Made by a program: the position numbers and the translations under genes. From contig JBBCAX010000220.1 in the NCBI GenBank assembly GCA_051382335.1, positions 1-26,931 on the forward strand: DNA of 26,931 bases, in the 5' to 3' direction. This document shows positions 9,034 to 18,259 of the stretch, piece by piece. The number at the start of each line of letters is the position of its first letter. Position 1 is the stretch's first letter. The DNA is from Deltaproteobacteria bacterium TL4 (lineage in GTDB: Bacteria; SAR324; NAC60-12). The notes below the pieces were generated by a model. It did not search any database. It was given only the letters and a program-made list of their open reading frames with translations, and had not been told where the DNA came from.

Positions 9034-9490
9034 CGTCTATAGCAAGAAAAGAGCTAAGGGCTGGATAATGTTCCAATTGTTCTCGAACATACCGTTCACA
9101 TAATCCAAGGAGATATCCGAGTTTGGAAAGAAAGTAGGTATTGCCCTTTTTATCGATTTTATTTTCAAACAAAAGACCAATGACATCTCCAGGATAGTCT
9201 TTCAAATGTTGGATGGTTCCTGGAATATCAAGAAAAATCAGTTCAAAATCCGGAGTTTCCGTTCGTCCTGGAACGATTCTGATTTTTTCATTAACAAAGA
9301 CCAGTTTCAGCGTCGCTTCTCCGGAGCGCAGTTGATAGGTCGCGTTAAAATTCTTTAAGGCTTTTTGAAACCGGGGCTCTTTCAGACGAACGATTTGGAA
9401 CAAAGCCCACAGGCTTAAGGCCAAAAGATACAACAGCGATTGATTTTGAAGTTTGGAGGGGTTTTGAAATAGTCGCATTAATGGTTTCAC
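9026..9490 (-). CDS. SCP2/sterol-carrier-like lipid-binding protein with N-terminal hydrophobic helix
   Basis: NATYQLRSG...LVFVNEKIRIVPG..ETPDFELIF.D...LLFENKIDKKGN resembles the SCP2 pattern. It overlaps the activase start by 8 nt. Confidence 0.6.
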   Translation of the reverse strand: MKPLMRLFQNPSKLQNQSLLYLLALSLWALFQIVRLKEPRFQKALKNFNATYQLRSGEATLKLVFVNEKIRIVPGRTETPDFELIFLDIPGTIQHLKDYPGDVIGLLFENKIDKKGNTYFLSKLGYLLGLCERYVREQLEHYPALSSFLAIDDD

Positions 9491-9520
9491 CGGTACCTTT
9501 ACGAAAAATTGGAGATTCTT

Positions 9521-11938
9521 CTAGAAGTGATCCTCAGTTCTTGTGATAATTTCATCCTGCATTTTACGGTTCAAGTCGCAAAAATAGGCGGTATATCCTG
9601 ACACCCGAACTAAAAGGTCACGGTAGGCATCAGGATTGAGTTGTGCGTGGATCAACGTTTCCCGATCATGGATCGTAAACTGTACCTGCATTCCACCTTG
9701 TTTGAAGTACCCCTTAATGAGCTGACTCAAAACCGCTAATTTCCCAGGAGTTTTAAGGAGGCTTCGAGATATTTTATGATTATTGGCAATCCCGTTATCC
9801 ATAAATTGATAAGGAAGTTTGGCGGTTGAAGAAAGAGAGGCGGTTGGGCCTTTTGAGGCAACCCCTGAAACGGGAGTCGCTCCGGACGATAGGGCTTCAC
9901 CCCTGCGTTTCCCATTAGGTAGAGCGCCTGTCAACATGCCCATTCCTGAATGCATGGTCGCGCTCCAATAACCGACGGTATAGTTACCTCCTCTGGGGTG
10001 TTCCTGTTGGTTAAAAAGTTGATGTATGTTTTGTACCACTTCAATCGCCCGCCGGTCCGCCAGCTCATGATCGGTTCCATATTTGGAGGCTTGCTTTTTC
10101 AAGAGGGTATAGGTTTTTTGATCCTGCTCAAAATTGGAGATTAAGGCACTTATCAACGTTTTTTTAGAGATTCGATGCTGCTCAAAAACCAACTCCTGTA
10201 AGGCGCAGAAGGAGTCAATCACATCAGCAAATCCAATAATCGCAATTCCCGTTGAATTGTATTTTGCTCCGCCTTGGGTGATGTCGCATCCAGATTCCAG
10301 GGTGCCTTGAATGAGTGACGAAAGTAAAGGGGTTGGATGGAGTTTTCCATGAGCTTCTGCAAAGCGTCGATTGCCATCAACGGCTAATTCAATCAAATAC
10401 TTGAGCTGTGTATCAAAAGCCTGCATAAAATCGTCAAAATTTTTGATCGCTTCCAGGCTTGGTGTTTTAGGACCAATTTTAAGACGAGACAAAGGATGCA
10501 CGCCCCCATACAGGGTGAGTTCGAGCACTGCCGCTAAATTGAGGATGATCGCACCTGTCGCTCCCATGGTTCTGCCGGCACTGTTGATTTCAACGCACCC
10601 AATCACGCCATAATCTCTGGCATCTTCAAGGGCAACGCCATTTTCAGTCAGGCTTTTGATGGTAACATCGTCATTAAAAAGAGCAGGCATGGCACCGGAT
10701 TGATAGATCGCTTCGACCAGTGCCCTGTGGTATTCCGGGGTCGATTCAGAGTGAACTCTTGCGGTGACATTAGGCTCTCTGGTTGAAAGAAGCGCGAGCA
10801 TTTTGAGCATGAGAAACGTTATTTCATTCACGCCATCCTTACCATCGGGGGTCAGACCTCCTAACGTTAGAGCCTGTGAGGTGCCGGTTCCGCCAACAAT
10901 ATCCTTGCCAGCTTCCGGTACTAAAGGAGTGTGGTCTGACATTTTTAAGTAAAAACAACCAATCAGCTCGCCGGCTTTCTGGGGAGTGATTTTTGAGGTT
11001 GCAAGATCGTTTTGATAAAAGGGGTTGAGAATTTGGTCCAGTCTCCCAAAACTCAAAGCGGTATTCACATTTTCCTGATGTAAGGCCACATGCAGCAGCC
11101 AAATCGTTTGTAACGCCTCTTCAAGAGTTCTTGCTGGTTTCGCGGGAACATTCCTTAATACAGAAGCCAGGTGTCGCAGTTCTTTTTCCCGTTCAGGGGA
11201 TGCGTGGACTGCCTTCTTCTCACAGGCAACCGCATAGCGCTCCGCAAAATCAATCACCGCCCTCAACGCCATTTGAGTCGCATGGTAGAATTCGATTTTT
11301 TCAGGCTCAACGGTTGATTTTTCTTTAAATCGTGCTTGCTCGATTAAATGTTCCAAGCCCATGTTGACGGCGGAACTGTAGTCAGGAATGATATGTGAAA
11401 TTCCGTTCGGTTTTGAGAGAATATAGAAAATCATCCGTTCAAGAATTCGCAGGCTTTCAGGATCATTTCCTTTTTTGCGGGCATACTCAAAAATCGTATC
11501 ATTCTGCCAAAAGGGAAAAATGTCTTCTGCCAAGAGATCAATGTCTGATTCTTTAATGTGTACAGGGTCAAATTTCCGTTTTGAAAGGTTGGGAAGTTCT
11601 GAAAAAATGGCCGCGCCAAAAAACTCAGGAAAAATCAGACAACCGAAACGGTGTTGGGTTGTGGAGCCTACAAGGAGTTCCTCCTCAAAAACAGGAACAG
11701 GTAAGTTTGCCAGAATATACTTTAAGGCTTTTGCCTGCTTCAGTACCATGCCGGCTTCACTCACTCCTTCTTTACGAAAAAACTCGGTTACCAATCGTGC
11801 CCGCTCAATACAAACCGTTTTCTGCGCATTAATATGTTCCGCACGCATTCTTTGCAAACGGGGAAAATGGCTGAGTGTGAGCGTTTTGACGTCAAACGGT
11901 TCACTTGCGATGGGAGATTGAGAAAAATTCGGTACCAT
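9521..11938 (-). CDS. Glycyl radical enzyme (non-PFL, CxE type), function unknown
   Basis: Gly loop LLVRVSGY, Cys loop DYGVIGCVE, IERAR, SFGRLDQ. Start reassigned to ATG 11938 after AAGGAG (805 aa). Confidence 0.95.
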   Translation of the reverse strand: MVPNFSQSPIASEPFDVKTLTLSHFPRLQRMRAEHINAQKTVCIERARLVTEFFRKEGVSEAGMVLKQAKALKYILANLPVPVFEEELLVGSTTQHRFGCLIFPEFFGAAIFSELPNLSKRKFDPVHIKESDIDLLAEDIFPFWQNDTIFEYARKKGNDPESLRILERMIFYILSKPNGISHIIPDYSSAVNMGLEHLIEQARFKEKSTVEPEKIEFYHATQMALRAVIDFAERYAVACEKKAVHASPEREKELRHLASVLRNVPAKPARTLEEALQTIWLLHVALHQENVNTALSFGRLDQILNPFYQNDLATSKITPQKAGELIGCFYLKMSDHTPLVPEAGKDIVGGTGTSQALTLGGLTPDGKDGVNEITFLMLKMLALLSTREPNVTARVHSESTPEYHRALVEAIYQSGAMPALFNDDVTIKSLTENGVALEDARDYGVIGCVEINSAGRTMGATGAIILNLAAVLELTLYGGVHPLSRLKIGPKTPSLEAIKNFDDFMQAFDTQLKYLIELAVDGNRRFAEAHGKLHPTPLLSSLIQGTLESGCDITQGGAKYNSTGIAIIGFADVIDSFCALQELVFEQHRISKKTLISALISNFEQDQKTYTLLKKQASKYGTDHELADRRAIEVVQNIHQLFNQQEHPRGGNYTVGYWSATMHSGMGMLTGALPNGKRRGEALSSGATPVSGVASKGPTASLSSTAKLPYQFMDNGIANNHKISRSLLKTPGKLAVLSQLIKGYFKQGGMQVQFTIHDRETLIHAQLNPDAYRDLLVRVSGYTAYFCDLNRKMQDEIITRTEDHF

Positions 11939-11950
11939 TATTTGAACTCC

Positions 11951-11974
11951 TTTTATCCGTGTCAATCCGTGAGC
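11951..11974 (-). repeat. CACGGAT-type dispersed repeat
   Basis: GCTCACGGATTGACACGGATAAAA, 23/24 identical to 26709-26732 (+). Confidence 0.75.
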
Positions 11975-12007
11975 TATTCTTAAAAACCGTCCCTGACAAG
12001 TAATGCG

Positions 12008-13807
12008 TTAATCAGCAAAGTACTCTGTTTTCATATTCACTGTTATGGGGTCATTATCCATTAGCCGTGTTGCCAGCCCTGCGATTTTAGGTAACTCATA
12101 GCTGAAGTAGTAGCGAAAGGTGAACAGTTTTCCCTGATAGAAATTTTGCTCAGACTCTGACTCAGTCCGGGTTAATGCTTCTTGTGCGGAAACTGCTTGC
12201 AAAAGCCACTGCCATGAAATGATAACCATTCCAAAAAATTCTAAATACAGCGTTGAATCCGCCAGAAAAACTTCAGGATTTTGTCCTTTGGAAATTAAAT
12301 GCATGGTGACTTCACTCAGTTTTTCAACCGCTTGCGTCAATTGCTCCGCATAAGGTTTTAGTTCTGAAATCGTTTGCGAGGAGTCGATGGTTTTTTGAAT
12401 CTCCTGACCCAAAAACATGACCGCTTTTCCGTTATTCATGGTAACTTTACGTCCTAAGAGATCCATCCCCTGTATTCCAGTGGTGCCTTCGTGTATGGGG
12501 TGAATCCGGATATCACGATAATACTGTTCCAGGGGAAAATCGTCACAGAACCCATAACCACCAAGGCATTGTAAGCCTTGACTTACCGATAGAATTCCCA
12601 TTTCTGAAGGAAAGGTCTTGGCCACAGGCGTCAAGATTTGCAGCAAATGGTTATATTTTTCCCGTTCTTCTCCTGCTAATGATTTTTCGAGATCATAATA
12701 AAGGCAGCATTGCGTCAACAAGGAAAGGGATCCTTCGATAATAGAGCGTTGAAACAAAAGCATTCTCTTCACATCTGTATGTTCAATAATGGGGATTTGA
12801 GGAACGTTGGGATCTTTTTGGGTGACGGGTCTGCCTTGGGTTCGTTCCCTGGTATATTCCAGCGAAGCATAATAAGCGGCAGTGGCAATTCCCGTTGCGC
12901 CCATTCCAACTTCCAGTCGAGCCTCATTCATCATTTGAAACATGTATTTCAGTCCATGCTGAGGTTCCCCCAACAAATAACCGTGGCAGTCGTTATTGTC
13001 TCCAATACTGAGCTGAAGCAGAGGGGCTCCTTTGTATCCCAGTTTATGGAAAACCTGGGAAGGATAAATATCATTGCTTTCAAGCTTGTTATGAGGTCCT
13101 AGCCTTTTTTTAGGCACTACGAATAAAGAAATCCCCCGTGTTCCAGAAGGCGCTCCTTCAATGCGCGCCAGCATTAAGTGGATGACATTATCGGTGCCAT
13201 TATGGTCTCCCGCGGAGGTAAATATTTTTTGTCCACGGATCAGATAATGTCCCGCGTTGGTGGCTTTTGCCACTGTGGTGAGATCCGCGAGAGAGCTTCC
13301 CGCATCCGGTTCAGTCAAGGCCATGGTGCCCTGCCATTCGCCGCTGATCATTTTGGGAACATAGCGTTGTTTTTGTTCTTCAGTTCCGCAAGCAAGAATT
13401 AAATGCGCGGCTCCCGCGGTTAAGTCAGCAAAAACGCTTCCAGAGTAATTGGCCGCGGCAAAAATAAATCGGCATAGATTGGATATCGTCAAAGGCAGTT
13501 GCGCCCCTCCTTCTTCTTCTGAGAAACTGGACGAAATCCAGCCGCCTTTACCGCATTCCCGCATGATGGTTTTTACAGCGGGATGGACGTGAACTTCCTG
13601 ATTAACCAACTCTGGAGGGTTGAGATCCATCTCTTTTAAAATGGGGAATAAATGAGTGTTCGCCAGTTGCAAAGAACTATCGAGGATCATGTCGAAAACT
13701 TCCTGGCTATGTTGCTGGTAATAGGCATGTTGGGTCAAAGACACAACGTCGAATACTTCATAAAGAAGAAATTGGATGTTTCTTTTGCTAAGATATTTTG
13801 TGGCCAT
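12008..13807 (-). CDS. Acyl-CoA dehydrogenase (long ~600-aa FadE5/DmdC-like group)
   Basis: GTMALTEPDAGS, GQKIFTSAGDH, QCLGGYGF, RIHPIHEGTTGIQGMDLLGRK. Confidence 0.95.
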   Translation of the reverse strand: MATKYLSKRNIQFLLYEVFDVVSLTQHAYYQQHSQEVFDMILDSSLQLANTHLFPILKEMDLNPPELVNQEVHVHPAVKTIMRECGKGGWISSSFSEEEGGAQLPLTISNLCRFIFAAANYSGSVFADLTAGAAHLILACGTEEQKQRYVPKMISGEWQGTMALTEPDAGSSLADLTTVAKATNAGHYLIRGQKIFTSAGDHNGTDNVIHLMLARIEGAPSGTRGISLFVVPKKRLGPHNKLESNDIYPSQVFHKLGYKGAPLLQLSIGDNNDCHGYLLGEPQHGLKYMFQMMNEARLEVGMGATGIATAAYYASLEYTRERTQGRPVTQKDPNVPQIPIIEHTDVKRMLLFQRSIIEGSLSLLTQCCLYYDLEKSLAGEEREKYNHLLQILTPVAKTFPSEMGILSVSQGLQCLGGYGFCDDFPLEQYYRDIRIHPIHEGTTGIQGMDLLGRKVTMNNGKAVMFLGQEIQKTIDSSQTISELKPYAEQLTQAVEKLSEVTMHLISKGQNPEVFLADSTLYLEFFGMVIISWQWLLQAVSAQEALTRTESESEQNFYQGKLFTFRYYFSYELPKIAGLATRLMDNDPITVNMKTEYFAD

Positions 13808-13831
13808 GAATCATTGCTCTTCGTGAGGGGG

Positions 13832-14590
13832 TTATTCTTTTTGGCTTAACTTTAGCGAGGCAATTAAAAACGCCTGATTTCGGTTTTCCAGGTGCAAGGC
13901 CTGTTCCAAGGAACTGACACCAAGATTCTGGTTGATGGCTTCTTTCGTCAAGCTCAGTCCAAATGGATTTTTATCGGCCATGATCTTGGCGATTTCCTGC
14001 GCCGTGTCCAGTAATTGTTCCTTGGGAACCATTCTGCTTGCGAAACCAAGGTGCATGGCCTCTTGCGCGGTCATGAATTCACCGGTAAGCAGGAACTCAT
14101 TCGCTCGTCCTGAACCAATGAGTTTAGGCAAGAAGTAACTGCTTGCCAAATCCGCGCCTCCAAGTCCAATGTTGATATACGCCGCATTAAACCTTGCCTC
14201 TGGAGTGATGATCCGCACATCGGAGGCCATTGCAAAACTAAACCCTGCTCCTGACGCGGCACCATGTACCGCGGCAATAATAGGTTGTGGGATGGTCCGC
14301 ATTTTATAATACAATTGAGAGGCTCTGCATTGGTATTTATAAATCACTTCAGGCGATTCCTTAAACAAGGGAAGTGCGGCTTCCTGCATATCCATGCCGG
14401 AACAAAAACCGCGGTTTCCTGCCCCTGTAAGAATCAGAACCATGGCATCGGAGTCATTGGATAGATAGTTGAATACCCGCTCCAGTTCTTCAATCATCGG
14501 CAGCGTTAACGCGTTGATGGAGTTGGGACGATTCAAGGTTAAGCGTCCGATACGGTTTTCTTGTTCATAGATGATGGTTTCGTAATTCAT
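13832..14590 (-). CDS. Crotonase-family enoyl-CoA hydratase/isomerase
   Basis: Start reassigned to ATG 14590 after AAGGAG (MNYETIIYE). Motifs LTLNRP..NAL, FCSGMDM, PQPIIAAVHGAASGAG. Confidence 0.93.
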   Translation of the reverse strand: MNYETIIYEQENRIGRLTLNRPNSINALTLPMIEELERVFNYLSNDSDAMVLILTGAGNRGFCSGMDMQEAALPLFKESPEVIYKYQCRASQLYYKMRTIPQPIIAAVHGAASGAGFSFAMASDVRIITPEARFNAAYINIGLGGADLASSYFLPKLIGSGRANEFLLTGEFMTAQEAMHLGFASRMVPKEQLLDTAQEIAKIMADKNPFGLSLTKEAINQNLGVSSLEQALHLENRNQAFLIASLKLSQKE

Positions 14591-14625
14591 AAGCTCCTTG
14601 GATGTGAATTTTTTAATAAAAAAAT

Positions 14626-14671
14626 CTCTGCGACCCTCTGCGACCCTCTGCGTCCTCTGCGTCTCTGCGTT
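14626..14671. repeat. Five tandem CTCTGCG (CGCAGAG) units in the operon leader
   Basis: Copies start at 14626, 14636, 14646, 14655 and 14663. Confidence 0.85.
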
Positions 14672-14725
14672 AAATAAAATAGCTCTAATTTTTAAGATAT
14701 AGCTTGTAAGGAATCGATTTATAAG

Positions 14726-14762
14726 GTTATATTCAGACAAGATACCAGTCATTTTAGGCCAA
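14726..14762 (-). promoter_or_regulatory. Candidate tandem AraC-family binding sites
   Basis: Minus-strand imperfect direct repeat TTGGCCTAAAATGAC / TTGTCTGAATATAAC at 22-bp spacing, between the divergent genes. Confidence 0.45.
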
Positions 14763-14790
14763 TGTTCGATTAACCTCATTGATTCAAAAT

Positions 14791-15840
14791 ATGGCGCATA
14801 AAACTTTGGATTCAATAAAAGAGCAAAGCACTCCCGCATGGCATCATTATGTGGTTACCGTAGAATATCCCTCTGTTTTGGTTAGCATGTTAGAAGCTCA
14901 AGGGGTTGAGTGTTCTGTTTTGTTGGAAGGGACAGGCATAAAACGAGAGTTGTTAAACCAGCCTGAAGTGTTTATTCCCTTTATCCAATATAAAAATCTG
15001 ATTGAGCGGGCACTGCTGTTATCAGGGAATCCTGGGCTGGGTTTGACTTTTGGACAACAGCTCTATATCTCCACGCATGGACCACTCAGTCATTTGTGGA
15101 TGAGCAGTTCCAATATGGAACAGGTGATGAGGCAAAGTGTAAAATACATCAAAATACGCAATCAAGTTCTGGATTTCAGTTTTTATACCAAGCAGGAACA
15201 AGCGGTCTTGAGGATGGAGTTACCCTTTGAAGAAGGGGTTTTATATCGGTTTTTGGTTGAAAATATCTTCAGTAGCATCTATGCCATTGCCACATTCCTG
15301 TTTGGCAGTTATCGTCCTTCTCTTAATATTGGTGTTGTCTATGATGAACCCGATTATAGTTCGATGTACCAACCCATTTTTAACGCTCCCCTCAAGTTCA
15401 ACCAAAGCTTCAACGAGATCTCTTTTCCCGCGGTTCTTCTTCAAAATAAGATTTCCTTGGCAAATCCTGCCTTAGCGAAGCTTGCGGAGCAACAATGTGA
15501 AGCGCTTCTGAAGTCGATCAATGAGCATGAAACCTTGTCTGAAAAAACGAGAAGACTCTTGCTCAACAACCCTGAACAGTTTGCGGGCTTGGATAAAGTC
15601 TCGGAAACATTACACCTTTCTGCTCGAACGTTACGACGACAATTAAAAAATGAGGGTTCTTCTTATCAAAAAATTCTGGATGATGTCCGGAAACAATTAG
15701 CCCTTCAGTATTTAGCCAACACCCATTGGACGGTTGAAGAAATTGCCAACTTGCTCCATTACAGTGATCCTTCCAACTTTAGACGTGCGTTCCGAAAATG
15801 GACAGGAACCGCCCCAGGAACCTATCGTCATTCTGCTTGA
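14791..15840 (+). CDS. AraC-family transcriptional regulator (OruR-like N-terminal domain)
   Basis: GNPGLGLTFG...HGPL; C-terminal LHLSARTLRRQLKNEGSSY...YSDPSNFRRAFRKWTG. Confidence 0.93.
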   Translation: MAHKTLDSIKEQSTPAWHHYVVTVEYPSVLVSMLEAQGVECSVLLEGTGIKRELLNQPEVFIPFIQYKNLIERALLLSGNPGLGLTFGQQLYISTHGPLSHLWMSSSNMEQVMRQSVKYIKIRNQVLDFSFYTKQEQAVLRMELPFEEGVLYRFLVENIFSSIYAIATFLFGSYRPSLNIGVVYDEPDYSSMYQPIFNAPLKFNQSFNEISFPAVLLQNKISLANPALAKLAEQQCEALLKSINEHETLSEKTRRLLLNNPEQFAGLDKVSETLHLSARTLRRQLKNEGSSYQKILDDVRKQLALQYLANTHWTVEEIANLLHYSDPSNFRRAFRKWTGTAPGTYRHSA

Positions 15841-15933
15841 AATTTTGGGGGTAAGATCTTTCATTAGACAGCATAAGAGATTGAGCCTAGAAGCGGGTTA
15901 GTTGTGTAATTAGGTTGATAATAAACGAGGATT

Positions 15934-16245
15934 ATGGAACAATTAAACCTATTGAGAAACCGTTTATTGGAAGGACATTTTGATTTCAGCCATCATGCAT
16001 TCAAGCGTTCTGTTGAACGGAATATCAGTTTTGAGGACATTCAGGAAGCAGGTAAACGAGTTGAAATTATTGAAGCGTATCCAGACGATAAATACTCCCC
16101 AAGTTGTTTATTACTGGGGTTTACCTTTAAAGGGAGACCATTGCATATTCAGGTTTCTCTCGGAAATTTGGAAGTCATCAGGATTATTACCCTTTATGAG
16201 CCTGATGAGAATGAATGGATTAATCACAAGGAGAGGAAGCGATGA
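15934..16245 (+). CDS. DUF4258 family protein (putative RelE-fold toxin)
   Basis: FSHHAFKR, IIEAYPDDKYSPSCLLLG, RPLHIQ, IITLYEPD..EW. Confidence 0.88.
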   Translation: MEQLNLLRNRLLEGHFDFSHHAFKRSVERNISFEDIQEAGKRVEIIEAYPDDKYSPSCLLLGFTFKGRPLHIQVSLGNLEVIRIITLYEPDENEWINHKERKR

Positions 16246-16502
16246 AATTCCAATGTCATGTTTGTGGTTCCCAAGAATCCAAAGACAATTTTACTCAAGA
16301 AGTTTTTCAGATTAATGAAAAACATGTATTGGTTGAACATATCCCAGCCTTGGTATGTCGTGCTTGTGGTGAAAAAGTATTTAGTGCGGATACCACCGAA
16401 ATGATTAGAAAAATGTTACATGGAGAAGTACATCCCATTAAAACGGTGCAGATGGATGTTTTTAATTTCAGTCAGCCTTTTGAAGAAGCCCATGCTGTAT
16501 AA
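16242..16502 (+). CDS. YgiT/MqsA-type zinc-finger protein (putative antitoxin)
   Basis: CHVCG...VEHIPALVCRACGE; ATGA overlap with the DUF4258 gene. Confidence 0.88.
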   Translation: MKFQCHVCGSQESKDNFTQEVFQINEKHVLVEHIPALVCRACGEKVFSADTTEMIRKMLHGEVHPIKTVQMDVFNFSQPFEEAHAV

Positions 16503-16619
16503 ACACCTCATGTAGGAACATTAATTTTTTTTTCAAGAGCATCAATGTGGGGGCTTGTGAATTTAATTAATAGATATTATCTTGTCCATTAAGTAAAATT
16601 ATAATCAATACGGGATATT

Positions 16620-16928
16620 ATGATATCTATTAAGGAATTATTAACACCAGGAGAAATACAAACAAAACTTGCTGAAATGTTTAAAAAAGCAAGGCTGGAA
16701 CAAACCCACAGCCGAGCAAAAGCCTCAAAGTTAACAGGCGTACCTGAAGCGACTTTAAAATCTTTTGAGAGAACAGGACAAATTTCACTCCGTCAATTCT
16801 TAATGCTCTGCCATGTTTATGGTGACCTGCGAGCCTCTGAATTATTATTTCCCCAAAAACAGAAGGTAACGCTTGAAGATGTTTTAGAAGTGAAGACCAA
16901 ACCTAATCGTCAAAGAGGACGATCATGA
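16620..16928 (+). CDS. HTH XRE-like antitoxin (HipB-like)
   Basis: KKARLEQTHSRAKASKLTGVPEATLKSFERTGQISL; ATGA overlap with hipA. Confidence 0.85.
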   Translation: MISIKELLTPGEIQTKLAEMFKKARLEQTHSRAKASKLTGVPEATLKSFERTGQISLRQFLMLCHVYGDLRASELLFPQKQKVTLEDVLEVKTKPNRQRGRS

Positions 16929-18181
16929 ATTCTGTCCAAGTCTACTTTCATGGAACTTCCTCTGGAGAATCCACATTATTGGGACATCTTGTCTACAAAG
17001 AGGGAATTGCCTTTTTTTCATTTGACCAGAATTTTCTAAAAACGGGACTCAATATCTCCCCCTTCAAATTAAAGCTTAGCACCGATTTACAGTCCGCGGA
17101 GCGAACACCTTTTAATGGCTTACAGGGCGTCTTTTCGGATTCACTTCCAGATGGTTGGGGAATGCTACTTATGGATCGACGCTTTCGAGCACTGGGAAGA
17201 AGTCTGGATACGGTGACACCGCTGGACCGTCTGGCTTACATGGGAAATCGCGCGATGGGTGCTTTATCCTATCAGCCGGATTTTTGCAAAGATGATGAAA
17301 GTGCTGGTCAAGGAATTGTTTCACTTGGCGGACTGGCTGAAGAATCGTTAGGCCTCTACCAAGGAACAGCCGTTGAAGTCCTCAGTCAATTGGCAATTAT
17401 TGGAGTTTCACCAGGTGGAGCAAGACCTAAAGCACTCATTGGACTAAAAGACGACATTGCCATTGGAGGCGTTGGGGATTTACCCGAAGGTTACGAGTAT
17501 TGGATTGTGAAATTTCCTACCGGCATCTCCGTAGAGGCAAAAGGAGAAGGAGCTGTGGAGTATGTATATTCCAAATTAGCACGTCAAGCTGGGATCACCT
17601 TTCCTGAAACACGTTTATATCCTTCTAAAAATACCTCTGGCTACTTTGCTGTGAAACGCTTTGATAGAGGCACCAACCACCAGAGATTCCATCTCCATTC
17701 GCTGGCAGGGTTAGTGGATGCGGACTTCAGGCTTCCTGATTGTGATTATGAGATCTTGTTAAGAGTGACCAGTCATCTTACAAAATCCCATGCTGATTCA
17801 TGCCAGGTTTTTAGACGAATGATCTTCAATATTCTTACTGGCAACAGAGATGATCATACCAAGAATTTTAGCTTTTTAATGAAACCCGACGGAATTTGGA
17901 CACTCTCACCAGCATACGATGTTACCTTTAACTTTGGAATCAATGGTCAACACTCAATGTCGGTTTCAGGCTATGGAAAAGAAATTCCGCTGAAAGCCAT
18001 CCAAAAAATAGCCAACCTGATTCCTTTAAACCCCTCAAAGGTCACGGAGATTATAGAAGAAGTATCAGACGCATTATCCTCATGGGATCAATTATCGAAA
18101 GAATATGAGGTTCCGAATACTATGATAAAAGATATTGGTAGGTATCTGAACACAGAACGCCTTCGACTATCGAAGCACTGA
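16925..18181 (+). CDS. hipA: HipA-family kinase toxin
   Basis: DSLPDGWG, SPGGARPKA, WIVKF, VKRFDR, NRDDHTKN, LSPAYD. Confidence 0.93.
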   Translation: MNSVQVYFHGTSSGESTLLGHLVYKEGIAFFSFDQNFLKTGLNISPFKLKLSTDLQSAERTPFNGLQGVFSDSLPDGWGMLLMDRRFRALGRSLDTVTPLDRLAYMGNRAMGALSYQPDFCKDDESAGQGIVSLGGLAEESLGLYQGTAVEVLSQLAIIGVSPGGARPKALIGLKDDIAIGGVGDLPEGYEYWIVKFPTGISVEAKGEGAVEYVYSKLARQAGITFPETRLYPSKNTSGYFAVKRFDRGTNHQRFHLHSLAGLVDADFRLPDCDYEILLRVTSHLTKSHADSCQVFRRMIFNILTGNRDDHTKNFSFLMKPDGIWTLSPAYDVTFNFGINGQHSMSVSGYGKEIPLKAIQKIANLIPLNPSKVTEIIEEVSDALSSWDQLSKEYEVPNTMIKDIGRYLNTERLRLSKH

Positions 18182-18259
18182 TATCGCTGCGTCTCCAAGT
18201 ATGAAAACATTGACTTAAGGCGTTAATGAAAGAATAGGGGGTTAAAAGTACTGTTCGTT

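Noticed and set aside
9521..11938. Annotation as pyruvate formate-lyase or as benzyl/alkylsuccinate synthase
   Set aside because: Single-Cys GCVE loop rather than CC, no small subunits, and an activase with a ferredoxin insert unlike PflA.
12008..14590. Calling the ACAD/crotonase pair dmdC/dmdD
   Set aside because: The ACAD group is broad, the crotonase lacks the catalytic glutamates, and no dmdA/dmdB is present.
14591..14839. 83-aa N-terminal extension of the crotonase in the ORF track
   Set aside because: It crosses the repeat and the AraC start; a strong RBS precedes ATG 14590.
16560..16619. HipB-type operator
   Set aside because: TATCTT and GGGATA half-sites are present but do not fit TATCC-N8-GGATA spacing, and the AT-rich background makes this unconvincing.
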